A stretch of DNA of 64,000 nt from Myxococcota bacterium (GCA_963676915.2 CAXXVK010000043.1:128001-192000), one strand, 5' to 3'. Shown: positions 30,516 through 41,817, counted from the first letter of the stretch. Made by a program: numbers and translations. Notes: generated by a model not told the origin, from the letters alone.

Positions 30516-33500
30516 ATGTTTGCCTTGTCTGGACGTTTTTTTTGTAAGTTTGTGTTGTTGCTGGGGATTATTTTTTCTTATTCCTCGCTTAATGCCGCAC
30601 CTCTGAAAAATGTGCCTGTGGTCGTAAAACAGCCCGATGGCACGATGATGCAACTCTATGCTAGCGGCGACGAATTTTACAATGTCCTGCACGATGCATT
30701 GGGATATACGGTCGTTAAAGACCCCAATACCGGTGCTTACGTTTATGCCGAGAAGAAAAACGGACAGCTCGTGCCTTCGTCCCATCCTGCGGGTCTGAGC
30801 GATCCCATTCTTCTCGATATCTCTCCAAATCTGGCGGACGAGGTTCCCGTGATCCGGCAACGGCGCATGACCTCACCGATCATTCAGGGACGTACGGAAC
30901 TTTCACCGATCGTACGGATGAGCACGACCGGAACGGTGAACAACCTCGTGGTTTTCATCCGGTTTTCCGATCAGGATCAGTTCGTCGAGTCGCTAAACCA
31001 TTTCGAAACCTTCTTCAATGCACAGAACGATGTTTCGATGCGGGACTACTTCGACGAAGTATCCAGCGGTCAGTTGGATCTCGTATCCACGTTTTATCCC
31101 TCCACCTCCGGTCCCGGCGTGATTTCTTTTCAAGATTCCCATACTAGGAACTATTACCTGCCGTACGACGCCATCAGTAATCCTGAAGGATACGAGGGTG
31201 GTGAATACGGTTCGGAGCGCATCGTTCGCGAACACACCCTGCTGAAAAAAGCCGTCGAGGCCATTTCGGCGCAGGTGCCGACCTCGTTGGATGTCGATTC
31301 CGACGACGATGGAAACGTGGATAACGTGGTGTTCGTAGTCCAGGGCGGACCGGATGGCTGGAGTACGCTGCTTTGGCCCCATCAATGGGTGTTGTATTCG
31401 GAGTCCGTGACGATCAATGGGGCGAGAGTGTTCGACTACAACTTCCAGTTGCAGGAAACCCTGGATGTGGGTGTGTTGTGCCACGAAATGTTCCACTCCC
31501 TGGGAGCGCCCGATCTCTACAATTACGACACCAACGACAACCCGGTCGGTCCCTGGGATCTGATGGCTTCGACGGCGGATATTCCCCAGCATATGAGTGC
31601 GTTTATGAAAATGCGCTACGGCGAGTGGTTCGATTCCATTCCCGAAATCACCGCTTCGGGAACTTATACGCTGGATAGCTTGTCTATTTCGCCGCACGCG
31701 GCCTACAAGATTTACAGCGAGGATTCGGTAGACGAGTACTTCGTTCTCGAACATCGTCGAGCTACCGGGCGCTATGAAAGCTCTTTGCCCGGTTCCGGTC
31801 TTTTGGTGTATCGCGTCGATTCCACACGGGACGGCCTCGGTAACGCCAGTGGTCCCCCGAACGAAGTGTACCTGTTTCGTCCGGATGGGAATCTGACGAA
31901 CGATGGCGATGTCTCCCAAGCCCATCTGACCGAGGACGAAGGCCGGACCATTTTCGGTTCCGGGCAGAATCCCTATCCTTTCTTTTCCGATGGTACGACG
32001 GTAGGCGATTTCAGCATCCGCGAAATCGGTGGATCGGGAACGGATATTCAGTTCGAAGTGTCGTTCTGTCGTCCCGATTGCAGTGGGAAAAACTGTGGCG
32101 ACGATGGTTGCGGCGGTTCTTGCGGGGAATGCCTGCCCAACTCGGATTGTGTTGCCGGTGTTTGTAGCGATTGCATTCCCGAAGATTGCACGACGCTCGA
32201 ATGTGGCAACGACGGCTGCGGTGGTTCCTGCGGGGATTGCGAATCGGGCGAGAACTGTTCGGACGACGGCTTCTGCATCTCGTTCTGTCCTATGGCCGAC
32301 CTGGGCAGCGCAATTGGAAACGCTGTGGTGACCGGGAGTACGACCGGTGGCGAGAATCATTTCGAGCCGACCTGTTCTTCCAACAGCTACGCTGCCGATG
32401 CGACGTATTCCTGGACGGCGCCGGAGCACGGAATTTTCCTGTTCGATACAAATTCTTCCAGCTACGACACGATTTTGTTGGCCTTGCGGAACGATTGCGA
32501 TGGCGAAGAGATCGCTTGTGACGACGATTCGGGAGACGGTTCCCGATCCCAGTTCCAAATGGAGATGCAACAAGGCGAAGTCATCATTCTCGTGATTGAC
32601 GGCTATAGCTCGCATACGGGGAGCTACCAGTTGAACATCACGCAGCTTTGTATGCCGGATTGCGAAAACAAGGAATGTGGCGACGACGGTTGCGGTGGCT
32701 CTTGTGGCGAATGCCAACCCAACGCGGAATGCATCGACGGTCTTTGCGATGTCTGTGTTCCCTTTGACTGCACGGCAAGAGAATGCGGCGCCGATGGCTG
32801 CGGCGGTTCCTGTGGCGATTGCCCGGAAGGGGAAAAATGCTCGGACGACGGCGCGTGTTTCACCTACTGTCCGGTAGATGACCTGGGTAGCCTGACGGGT
32901 AACGCCGTCGTAACGGGAACGACATCGGGACGCGACGACGATTTCTCTCCTTCCTGTCAGAATTCCAGCAATGCCGGGGATATTACTTACACCTGGCAGG
33001 CTCCCGAGACGGGAACCTTCGTAATCGATACCGACAATTCCTCGTTTGATACGGTTTTGACGATTTTGTCTCAAAGTTGCTTAGGCGAAGAGTTGGCTTG
33101 CGATGACGATGGGGGAGTAAGTACCCGCTCCAGAATCGAGATCGAACTGACCGAGGGCGATGTCATCGTGATCGTAATCGACGGCTACAGTTCGAACTCT
33201 GGGAGTTTCGTGTTGAATATCACTCCTCCCTGTCACCCGGATTGTGAAGGAAAAGACTGTGGCGACGACGGTTGCGGGGGAACTTGCGGAGAGTGCGAAG
33301 ACGGGTATCTCTGCGACGATAACGGCTTGTGCTCGATCTGTGTGGCCGATTGCGAAGGCAAAACCTGTGGTGACGACGGTTGTGGAGGTTCCTGCGGCGA
33401 ATGCGAAGGTTTCGATGTTTGCGATGACAGCGGCTTGTGTGTGTCTCATTGTCCGATGGAAGATTTGGGAACGGTTTTCGGAGACGCCGTAGCCACGGGC

Positions 33501-36500
33501 ACCACGGTTGGAGGGTACAACCTGTTTGCTCCTTCCTGTCAGGACAACAGCAACGCCAACGATGTGAGCTACCTCTGGACGGCTCCCGTAACAGGGCAGT
33601 ACACGATTACGACGGAAGGATCGTCGTTCGATACGGTACTGAGCGTTCTCGATGGAGAGTGCGACGGCGAGGTGCTGGCCTGTGACGACGACAGCGGAAA
33701 CAGCACGAGATCCATGGTGGAACTCTCTGTTGTGCAAGGGCAATCCGTGATTTTTGTAATCGATGCTTATTCCGGGAATTCGGGGAATTACCAACTCAAC
33801 ATCGGGGAGCCTTGTATTCCCGATTGTGATGGAAAAATGTGCGGCGACGACGGTTGCGGAAATTCCTGTGGCGAATGTGGAATTTTCGAAGCTTGCGACG
33901 AAAACGCCCAGTGCGTCGATCGTCCCGTGGCAACCGTGCCGTTCTCTGATAGCTTCGATAGTGACACTTTTAGCGAATACTGGACGACTTCCTCTACCGG
34001 CAATGGTCGAATTCGAATTTCGGGCGAGTACGAACCGTACTCCGATCCGTACCACGTGCTGATGGATTCGGAAGGCTCCAACGCACTCAATGGTTTGGAA
34101 TTGCTGGTCGATCTCTCGCAAAGCTCCGACATTTCGTTGTCGTTCATGCACAAAGCCTTCAACGACGAATCGCATACGATGCCTGCAAGTTTCGAAGGGG
34201 AGAGTTTGACCGACGGCGTAGCTCTCAGCACGGATGGTTTGACCTGGCGACGGCTTGTGGATCTGACGGCGAGCGACATCCCGAACGAGACGTACACCCG
34301 TTTCGAGGTTCATCTCGGTGACTGGGCGACGGCTCAGGGGGTTACGCTGAGCGCCATGACGTTGATTCGTTTCCAGCAGTACGACAACTCGACGATCGAT
34401 GCTGACGGCTTTGCCTTTGATGATGTGGAAATCGATGCGTGTTTCCCGGATTGCACCGGGAAAATCTGCGGTGACGATGGCTGTGGCGGCTCGTGTGGCG
34501 AGTGCGGAGAGTTGGAAATCTGTTCTGCCGACGGATCGAGTTGCGATTCGGCTTGTCCCACCGACGATCTTGGAACGTCGCTCGGTTCTCCGGTCGTAAG
34601 TGGAAGTACGCAGGATATGGGAGACTTTTTCGATCCCTCCTGTTCTTTCTTAGGCGATTCTTCGGAGGTGACGTATCTCTGGCAAGCTCCTGAAAACGGC
34701 TACTATGCTTTTGATACCGAAGGTTCTGCTTTCAATACGATTTTGTCGATGCTGGATTCCGACTGCGCTGGAGAGGAACTCGAATGTTCGATTTCCGGTT
34801 CCATCGACCGTTATTTCGGTGCCGGCGAGCAGGTCGTGATCGTAATCGATGGGGATATGGGCCAGTCGGGCGAGTTTAATCTGAATATCGAACTGACCTG
34901 TGTCCCGGATTGCGATGGAAAACAGTGCGGCGACAATGGCTGTGGAGAATCCTGCGGCGAATGCACCATGTTCGAAACTTGTTCGAGCGAAGGTCTTTGC
35001 GAGTCGAGAGAAGCCGCCGGTTTCCCCTTCCTTGAAGAGTTTGAGGATGTAGAGTTCGCTCCGTATTGGAGTCAATATTCCACATCAGGCGGTAACATCA
35101 GGCTTTCCAGCTACAACGAACCCCAGGGCGGTACTCAGCATGTGTTGATGGATGCCAGTGGCTCCAACGCTCTAAATGAACTGACGCTGCTTGCGGACCT
35201 TTCCGGGCAGGACAACATCATGCTTTCGTTCTGGCACAAGCACTTCAGTGACGAGAGCCACGTCATGCCCGATCAATTCGAGGGTCACGATTATTCGGAC
35301 GGTGTGGCATTGAGCGTCGATGGCGAGACGTGGTACAAAATCAAGGGATTGGATGCAAGTGAAGGCATTTCGGGAACATATAAGGAATTCCGTGTCGATA
35401 TCGCTGAAGCTCTGACTTTGCTGGGGCTGGAGGCGAGTGAGCAGACGTTGATCAAATTCCAGCAATACGACAATGCCGCGATCTTATCCGATGGCTTCGC
35501 GTTCGATACGATTGCTTTGGAGCCATGCATTCACGATTGTACCGGGAAAATCTGCGGTGACGATGGTTGTGGCGGTTCCTGCGGCGAATGCGATGGATTT
35601 ACGGAATGTTCCGACGACGGAACGGCTTGCGTGTCCTATTGTCCGCTGGTCGATATTCGGGTCGAAACGGGGCAGGCTATCGCCACAGGCAGCACGGTAG
35701 GTTTCGGTAATTACTTCACGCCTTCTTGTTCCTATTCCAGCGCAGCTTCCGAAGTGACTTTCCTTTGGTCTGCACCCCAAAACGGAACCTATCGGATCGA
35801 CACGACCGGTTCGTCGTTCGATACGGTGCTGTACCTGCTGGAGGGATCCTGCGGTGGGGAAGAGTTGGCTTGCGACGACGACGACGGCAGCATCCGCACC
35901 TCGACCATCGAGCGAAACATGGTGGCGGATGAGACCGTTGTCATCGTGATCGATGGTTATGGGTCGGCGGACGGAGATTTCCTGCTCAATATCGAACAGA
36001 CCTGCTTCCCCGCTTGTAACGGTTTGCAGTGCGGCGATGACGGTTGCGGTGGTTCCTGCGGCGAGTGCGATTCGGGAACGATCTGCGACGACAATGGGCA
36101 GTGTGTAGGTTGCATCCCTGATTGCAACGGCAAGGAATGCGGCGACGATGGTTGCAGCGGAAGTTGCGGTACCTGTGAGTACAACGAAGAGTGTTCCGAC
36201 GCGGGACTTTGCGAGGAATTCTGTCCTTTGGGGGACTTGGGAAGCCTCGTGGGCGAGTCGATAGCGACCGGAAACACGGCCGGAAACGGAGATCACTTCA
36301 GGGCGTCCTGCAACGTTCAAACGAGCACGGCCCCGGAGGAAACGTTGCTCTGGACGGCTCCGGCTACAGGGATTTATACCATTTCCACCACGGGTTCGGA
36401 TTTCGATACGGTGCTTGCGGTGCTCGACGGCGAATGCGCAGGTGATGAGCTAGCGTGCAACGATTTCGTTGGTTCGGATTACTTCCCCTCTATCGTTGAC

Positions 36501-39500
36501 GTAACGGTTACCGAGGGGCAGGTTCTAACCATCGTGATAGATGGATACGGAACCAATAGCGGCAACTACGTACTGAACATCGAACAGTCCTGTATTCCTA
36601 GTTGCGACGGTAAACAGTGTGGTGATGACGGTTGTGGCGGCTCCTGTGGGGACTGCGGAACCGACGGTATCTTCTGTAACGGTGAGGAATCTTGCAGCGA
36701 TGAAGGGTTGTGCGTCCATTCCGGCGATCCATGTCAGGACGGCGATGCTTGCAACAGCCAGTGCAACGAGATGGAACAGACCTGCTTCTCTGCGCTCGAT
36801 ACGGTTTGCGATGACAACCTGTATTGCAACGGCGAAGACACCTGCGACGGTCAGGGGCACTGTACCGTGCATGCGGGAGATCCCTGTGAAGGCGGCGATG
36901 CCTGCAACAATTCCTGTAACGAAGCGGATCAAAACTGTTTCTCGGCTGCTTCTACATCCTGCAATGACGATCTGTTCTGCAATGGTGAGGATACCTGCGA
37001 CGGTCAGGGTGGTTGCACGGTGCATGTAGGCGATCCCTGTGTGGGTGGCGAGATGTGTAACGACACTTGCAACGAGCAACGTGATAGTTGCCAAAACCCC
37101 AATGGAAGCGGTTGCAACGACGGGCTGTTCTGTACCTTGCACGATGCCTGTATTCAGGGGGAATGTCGTGGGGCGGGAAGTCCATGCAACGATGGTGTCA
37201 ACTGCACGAACGATATCTGCGAGGAAAGCACCGATTCCTGTCGTTTCGAGCCGGACGACACCGTGTGTCTGGACGGCCTGTATTGCAACGGAGAGGAATT
37301 CTGCGACGTAAGCAACGGTTGTTTAAACGGTACGGCCCCGGATGTCGATGACGGAATTGACTGTACGGAAGATCAATGCTTGGAGGGGAATAATCTGTCG
37401 GACAATATTGGTGAAATCAGGCATCAGCCATGGAACCAACGTTGCGATGACGGATCGCTCTGCACAGAGGATATCTGCGACGCAGACAGCGGGTGCAGAT
37501 GGTCGCCGGATAACGAGGGACAGGTTTGCACGACGGCTTCGAACCTTGAAGGTTCGTGCGAAAACGGCATCTGTGTGCCGGATTGCACCCAGAACGAGGA
37601 TTGCAACGACGGCATCGAATGTACGCAGGATGTCTGTGATCTGTCGATCGGAAAATGCACCTATCGCGCCATGGACAACCGTTGCGATGACGACAACGAT
37701 TGTACCGACGATTCCTGCAACCCGACGCAGGGCTGCATTTTCGACAAAGACGATACCAATGCATGTGACGACGGGTTGTTCTGCACGGCGATCGATTATT
37801 GCAGCGACGGTTCGTGCATGGGCGAAGGGAATCCCTGTAACGACACCGTGAATTGCACGGTGGATTCGTGCCTGGAAGATAGTGACACCTGCCGGTTCAC
37901 GCCTGACGATGCCGCTTGTGACGATACCAACATTTGTACGGCGGATGTATGCGATGCCGACTTGGGATGCCAGTACTCGCCGGATCAGGAAGACGAGACC
38001 TGCACCAATGCTTCGGGTAACGCCGGAACCTGCACCCAGGGTATTTGTATCGTCGAGTGCACGAACGACGCGGATTGCAACGACGGCATTGCCTGTACGT
38101 TGGAGCGCTGCGAACCGTCTTCCGGTAAATGCGTGGTACGCGCCTACGACAACCTTTGCGACGACGACAACCCCTGTACCGATAACGTTTGCAGTACCAC
38201 CGAAGGGTGCCGTTTCATTGCGAACGATACCCTTACATGCGACGATGACGCGTTTTGTACGGTTTCGGATCGTTGTGTTGGTGGTGAGTGTGTAGGTGAA
38301 ATAAACGATTGCAACGATGGCATCGATTGCACGGTGGATCGATGCGACGAACAGGCCGACATCTGCAATCACTTGACCGACGATTCGGCTTGCGATGACG
38401 GGTCCATTTGTACAGCGGATAGCTGCCAGGAAGACTCCGGTTGCCAGTATGAGCCGGACCACGAACAAGCATCCTGCCTCACATCGTCAGGGATGGTGGG
38501 TGCCTGCGAAAGCGGTTTGTGCATCCCCGAGTGCGAAAATGACGGAGATTGCTCGGACGGCATCGGTTGCACGAACGACCGTTGCGACATGACGACGGGA
38601 ACCTGCATTTTCGAAGCTGTCGATGCATTGTGCGACGACTCGAACCCATGCACCTCGGATAGCTGCTCGCCCTTCGTAGGTTGTCAGCGGACTTTCGATG
38701 ATACGGCCACCTGCGATGATGGTAATTTCTGCACGGCGAACGACCGTTGCGAGGCTGGGAACTGTATCGGAAGCGGATCGCCTTGTAACGATGGTATTGC
38801 TTGCACTGTGGATCGTTGCAACGAGCAAGCTGACACCTGCATGTTCGATCCCCGTGATTCCCTCTGTGATGATGGGAACTTCTGTACGGTGGATAGCTGT
38901 GACGATCAGCAAGGATGTCTGAATCCTGCGACGAACGAAGGTCTGGACTGTACGACTGGTCTGAATCAGTCCGGTACGTGTTTCTCCGGGGTTTGTACGG
39001 TGGAATGTGTCAGCCACAGCGATTGCGACGACTTCCTGGAATGCACCCTGGACTACTGTGACGACATCACGAATCTTTGTATGCACAGGACGAGAGACGC
39101 ACTATGCAACGACAACAATCCCTGTACAGACGATTTTTGCGATGCCACCGTGGGATGTCAGGCCGTTGAAGACGATACAAACGTTTGTGACGACGGCCTG
39201 TTCTGTACCGATGTCGATAGCTGTTCGAACGGGAATTGCATAGGCCAGACACGAGATTGTGACGATCATGTGTCGTGCACCATCGATGCCTGCGACGAGA
39301 ACGCGAATCTCTGTACGCACCAGTCTCAGGACAGTCTTTGCAACGATAACAACCCCTGCACCGATGATTTCTGTGACGAAGCATTGGATTGCCAGGCGGT
39401 CGAAGACGATACAAACACTTGTAACGACGGTCTGTTCTGCACCGTCTCCGATTATTGCCAAAACGGAAATTGTATCGGCGACGAGCGTAATTGCTCGACT

Positions 39501-40877
39501 TTCGAAGACGAGTGCAATTGGGGTGTTTGTGACGAAAACGACCGATCCTGTGCAAGTTTGCCCAAGGATGACAACACCTCCTGCAACGATGGAGAGTTCT
39601 GCACCGAAACCGATGTCTGTCTCTCCGGTGTATGTACGGGAACGGCGGAGCGAGATTGCTCGGCCTTCGATGGCGAGTGCACCGTCGGAGCTTGTGACGA
39701 AATGCTGGATCAGTGTTTCGCCGATCCGGTAATGGATCTCACACCTTGTAGCGATGGCGTGTTCTGTACGGTAGAGGATCACTGCGAGGACGGGATTTGT
39801 GTGGGCGACGACATGGATTGCAGTGATTTGGATGCGGCTTGTACGGTCGGTGCTTGTGACGAAACGCAAATGGAATGCTATGCTCAAAGCCTCCCGGACG
39901 GTGTCGGATGTACGGATGAAAGCCTATGTACCGTAAATGATTCCTGTCTGAACGGAGTGTGCACGGGTGAAGTCATCGATTGCAGCGACGACGATCCCTG
40001 CACCGAGGATCTGTGTCTGCCGGAGAGCGGTTGCGATTATCCGACGATGAACGATTGGAGCGATTGTAGCGAAGACGGCGCTCCATCATCGGCGTGTTTC
40101 GAGGGAACTTGTGAGGTTTTGGCCGAAAACGACCGTTGCGAGGATGCCACGGAGTTGGTGGAAGATCAGGCCGTCGTGCTGTCGATGACCGGCTATCACG
40201 CTTCACGCTTGGTAGAGCCGCCTTGTGTGTCGGACACCCTCACTCGAAACGATGCCTATTACAGGATTTCCACAGAATTGGCGCGATATTACGACGTAAC
40301 GGTAGAAACCACATCGGCTGTCGATCTGACGGTTGTGGCTTGGAGCGATTGTGGCGAAGATGCCGTGTGCCTCGGTTCGGTAGAGAGAACGTCGTTTACG
40401 GGAATGGAAATACTGACGCAACTTGAAGGTGCAGATGGTGAAATTATCCTTCAGGTGTTGGTGGAGCCGAGCGATGGTTCTGACGAGGTGGAAGACATCA
40501 CGATCACGGTTAACGGCTACTACCTGTTCGATGGTGGGGACGAGGATCTCACGGAAGGAGATGACGATTTCGATACCGACATCTTGGAAAGCGATAACGA
40601 TATCGTCGATGACGCCGACGCGGACACCGATGCAAACGATAGCGACATGACTGACGATGCCGAGGGTTCGGAAGACGATACGGACGCCGTGGCTCCTGGT
40701 GACGAGGATGATATTTACCCGAACGCGGATGTCGACATCAGCGGCGAGGAAATTACACGGTTCTCCATCGGTTCCGGTGGTTGCCGTTCGACCGAAACCG
40801 GGTCGTTTACGGGAATCGTTCTCGCTTTTATCGGTTTGTTGTGGATTGCGGTTCGCCGTCGTCGCCAGGGAAATTGA
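30516..40877 (+). CDS. Giant surface protein: M6-family metalloprotease, Cys-rich and PPC-like repeats, MYXO-CTERM-like anchor
   Basis: GGAGG RBS before ATG 30516; signal peptide; QPDG/GDE prodomain; HEMFHSLGAPDLY (His codon at 31482); 13 CG.DGCG.SCG.C modules; 6 PPC-like domains; ~3.4 kb of C.DG..CT.D.C repeats; acidic linker; GGC-TM-RRRR tail. Confidence 0.9.
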   Translation: MFALSGRFFCKFVLLLGIIFSYSSLNAAPLKNVPVVVKQPDGTMMQLYASGDEFYNVLHDALGYTVVKDPNTGAYVYAEKKNGQLVPSSHPAGLSDPILLDISPNLADEVPVIRQRRMTSPIIQGRTELSPIVRMSTTGTVNNLVVFIRFSDQDQFVESLNHFETFFNAQNDVSMRDYFDEVSSGQLDLVSTFYPSTSGPGVISFQDSHTRNYYLPYDAISNPEGYEGGEYGSERIVREHTLLKKAVEAISAQVPTSLDVDSDDDGNVDNVVFVVQGGPDGWSTLLWPHQWVLYSESVTINGARVFDYNFQLQETLDVGVLCHEMFHSLGAPDLYNYDTNDNPVGPWDLMASTADIPQHMSAFMKMRYGEWFDSIPEITASGTYTLDSLSISPHAAYKIYSEDSVDEYFVLEHRRATGRYESSLPGSGLLVYRVDSTRDGLGNASGPPNEVYLFRPDGNLTNDGDVSQAHLTEDEGRTIFGSGQNPYPFFSDGTTVGDFSIREIGGSGTDIQFEVSFCRPDCSGKNCGDDGCGGSCGECLPNSDCVAGVCSDCIPEDCTTLECGNDGCGGSCGDCESGENCSDDGFCISFCPMADLGSAIGNAVVTGSTTGGENHFEPTCSSNSYAADATYSWTAPEHGIFLFDTNSSSYDTILLALRNDCDGEEIACDDDSGDGSRSQFQMEMQQGEVIILVIDGYSSHTGSYQLNITQLCMPDCENKECGDDGCGGSCGECQPNAECIDGLCDVCVPFDCTARECGADGCGGSCGDCPEGEKCSDDGACFTYCPVDDLGSLTGNAVVTGTTSGRDDDFSPSCQNSSNAGDITYTWQAPETGTFVIDTDNSSFDTVLTILSQSCLGEELACDDDGGVSTRSRIEIELTEGDVIVIVIDGYSSNSGSFVLNITPPCHPDCEGKDCGDDGCGGTCGECEDGYLCDDNGLCSICVADCEGKTCGDDGCGGSCGECEGFDVCDDSGLCVSHCPMEDLGTVFGDAVATGTTVGGYNLFAPSCQDNSNANDVSYLWTAPVTGQYTITTEGSSFDTVLSVLDGECDGEVLACDDDSGNSTRSMVELSVVQGQSVIFVIDAYSGNSGNYQLNIGEPCIPDCDGKMCGDDGCGNSCGECGIFEACDENAQCVDRPVATVPFSDSFDSDTFSEYWTTSSTGNGRIRISGEYEPYSDPYHVLMDSEGSNALNGLELLVDLSQSSDISLSFMHKAFNDESHTMPASFEGESLTDGVALSTDGLTWRRLVDLTASDIPNETYTRFEVHLGDWATAQGVTLSAMTLIRFQQYDNSTIDADGFAFDDVEIDACFPDCTGKICGDDGCGGSCGECGELEICSADGSSCDSACPTDDLGTSLGSPVVSGSTQDMGDFFDPSCSFLGDSSEVTYLWQAPENGYYAFDTEGSAFNTILSMLDSDCAGEELECSISGSIDRYFGAGEQVVIVIDGDMGQSGEFNLNIELTCVPDCDGKQCGDNGCGESCGECTMFETCSSEGLCESREAAGFPFLEEFEDVEFAPYWSQYSTSGGNIRLSSYNEPQGGTQHVLMDASGSNALNELTLLADLSGQDNIMLSFWHKHFSDESHVMPDQFEGHDYSDGVALSVDGETWYKIKGLDASEGISGTYKEFRVDIAEALTLLGLEASEQTLIKFQQYDNAAILSDGFAFDTIALEPCIHDCTGKICGDDGCGGSCGECDGFTECSDDGTACVSYCPLVDIRVETGQAIATGSTVGFGNYFTPSCSYSSAASEVTFLWSAPQNGTYRIDTTGSSFDTVLYLLEGSCGGEELACDDDDGSIRTSTIERNMVADETVVIVIDGYGSADGDFLLNIEQTCFPACNGLQCGDDGCGGSCGECDSGTICDDNGQCVGCIPDCNGKECGDDGCSGSCGTCEYNEECSDAGLCEEFCPLGDLGSLVGESIATGNTAGNGDHFRASCNVQTSTAPEETLLWTAPATGIYTISTTGSDFDTVLAVLDGECAGDELACNDFVGSDYFPSIVDVTVTEGQVLTIVIDGYGTNSGNYVLNIEQSCIPSCDGKQCGDDGCGGSCGDCGTDGIFCNGEESCSDEGLCVHSGDPCQDGDACNSQCNEMEQTCFSALDTVCDDNLYCNGEDTCDGQGHCTVHAGDPCEGGDACNNSCNEADQNCFSAASTSCNDDLFCNGEDTCDGQGGCTVHVGDPCVGGEMCNDTCNEQRDSCQNPNGSGCNDGLFCTLHDACIQGECRGAGSPCNDGVNCTNDICEESTDSCRFEPDDTVCLDGLYCNGEEFCDVSNGCLNGTAPDVDDGIDCTEDQCLEGNNLSDNIGEIRHQPWNQRCDDGSLCTEDICDADSGCRWSPDNEGQVCTTASNLEGSCENGICVPDCTQNEDCNDGIECTQDVCDLSIGKCTYRAMDNRCDDDNDCTDDSCNPTQGCIFDKDDTNACDDGLFCTAIDYCSDGSCMGEGNPCNDTVNCTVDSCLEDSDTCRFTPDDAACDDTNICTADVCDADLGCQYSPDQEDETCTNASGNAGTCTQGICIVECTNDADCNDGIACTLERCEPSSGKCVVRAYDNLCDDDNPCTDNVCSTTEGCRFIANDTLTCDDDAFCTVSDRCVGGECVGEINDCNDGIDCTVDRCDEQADICNHLTDDSACDDGSICTADSCQEDSGCQYEPDHEQASCLTSSGMVGACESGLCIPECENDGDCSDGIGCTNDRCDMTTGTCIFEAVDALCDDSNPCTSDSCSPFVGCQRTFDDTATCDDGNFCTANDRCEAGNCIGSGSPCNDGIACTVDRCNEQADTCMFDPRDSLCDDGNFCTVDSCDDQQGCLNPATNEGLDCTTGLNQSGTCFSGVCTVECVSHSDCDDFLECTLDYCDDITNLCMHRTRDALCNDNNPCTDDFCDATVGCQAVEDDTNVCDDGLFCTDVDSCSNGNCIGQTRDCDDHVSCTIDACDENANLCTHQSQDSLCNDNNPCTDDFCDEALDCQAVEDDTNTCNDGLFCTVSDYCQNGNCIGDERNCSTFEDECNWGVCDENDRSCASLPKDDNTSCNDGEFCTETDVCLSGVCTGTAERDCSAFDGECTVGACDEMLDQCFADPVMDLTPCSDGVFCTVEDHCEDGICVGDDMDCSDLDAACTVGACDETQMECYAQSLPDGVGCTDESLCTVNDSCLNGVCTGEVIDCSDDDPCTEDLCLPESGCDYPTMNDWSDCSEDGAPSSACFEGTCEVLAENDRCEDATELVEDQAVVLSMTGYHASRLVEPPCVSDTLTRNDAYYRISTELARYYDVTVETTSAVDLTVVAWSDCGEDAVCLGSVERTSFTGMEILTQLEGADGEIILQVLVEPSDGSDEVEDITITVNGYYLFDGGDEDLTEGDDDFDTDILESDNDIVDDADADTDANDSDMTDDAEGSEDDTDAVAPGDEDDIYPNADVDISGEEITRFSIGSGGCRSTETGSFTGIVLAFIGLLWIAVRRRRQGN

Positions 40878-40982
40878 GCAGGAATTTGGACGTTTTGAAG
40901 GAATAATGCACGGTTCGTGAAACCCGAAAAAACAGGGAAACGAACCGGTGCATTTTTCCATGTAAAAAGCGACATCTTTTTC

Positions 40983-41011
40983 TTGCCTCGGAAAAGGAAA
41001 CCGATTAGTAT
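40983..41011 (+). promoter_or_regulatory. Sigma70-type promoter of tRNA-Leu
   Basis: TTGCCT-N17-TAGTAT ending 35 nt upstream of the tRNA. Confidence 0.6.
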
Positions 41012-41045
41012 CCCTCCTGCTTCGCAAGAACGTCACCCAAGATTG

Positions 41046-41133
41046 GCCGGAGTGGCGGAATTGGCAGACGCGATAGACTCAAAATCTGTTGTACTTTACG
41101 TGCGTGTGGGTTCGAGTCCCACCTCCGGCACCA
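41046..41133 (+). tRNA. tRNA-Leu (anticodon CAA)
   Basis: Acceptor GCCGGAG/CTCCGGC-A-CCA, D-loop GGAATTGGCAGAC, anticodon arm ATAGA-CTCAAAA-TCTGT, long variable arm, GGTTCGAGTCC T-loop. Confidence 0.97.
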
Positions 41134-41141
41134 ACTTTTCT

Positions 41142-41540
41142 CTATGAAAACGGCGAGTTAGATAACTCGCCGTTTTCTTGTGCCCAAATAGTGCCCACTT
41201 TGTTCCCATCAAGCAGCTTGACCGCATCGATTCTCGACTCGGGGGAAAGGTGGGCATAGCGTTCCGTCATTGCTTCACTGGGTTTGTTATTGGTTCTGAC
41301 GTGCTTTTGCATCTCTCGCTGAACTCCTTGAACAGTGGTCTTGATTCTTCTGTTTGTTCCTCCTTCTCAGTTTTTCCGAAGTTGTCTTCAAGCAAAGATT
41401 GCTGCACTTCTCTCTCTCTCGTACTTTTCTGCTCCTTTTCTGGTAATGACGGGAGATACAATGCGCACTCGCTTGCTTTTTCCTTCGGCTGTTTTGTACC
41501 GAATATCAATCATCCATTTGTTGTTGCGGCGACGAACAGC
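41142..41540 (-). pseudogene. Tyrosine integrase remnant (frameshifts and large internal deletion)
   Basis: Stitched minus-strand frames: AVRRRNNKWMIDIRYKTAEGKSKRVRIVSPVITRKGAEKYERE / VQQSLLEDNFGK...PLFKEFSER / KHVRTNNKPSEA directly joined to MTERYAHLSPE (catalytic-Tyr motif). Confidence 0.85.
41146..41177 (+). terminator. Hairpin/terminator downstream of tRNA, inside the islet
   Basis: GAAAACGGCGAGTTA-GA-TAACTCGCCGTTTTC. Confidence 0.7.
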
Positions 41541-41817
41541 TGAGATTTTGACCAAGCAACTTAGAACTGTAAATCTGCATTATGGTGTTGCTATACCGAG
41601 AAATATTTGTACAAACCCGGAAAGAGACGAAATCTATCAAGATTTGTTGTACCAAATAGGAGATTAGCTACCAACACCATATAGTTTTTATAGAGATAAT
41701 GAAACATATGATGATGCTGGCACGTGCGATGTTAAAAAAATTGACAACATTCAATGAATTGATGTAATTTTACTGTTTCAAAAGTTCCATCTAAAAATGC
41801 CTATTGGATAGAAGTCG

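Noticed and set aside
30993-40500. Many long minus-strand ORFs and DNA repeats (GGCGACGACGGTTGCGG...) inside the giant gene
   Set aside because: Explained by the repeated Cys/Asp/Gly coding modules; repeats are in frame and degenerate at third positions, so not CRISPR or a DGR.
41267-41509. 80-aa ORF as a standalone gene (also 41178-41543 and 41335-41667 on +)
   Set aside because: One frame of the broken integrase, or antisense to it.
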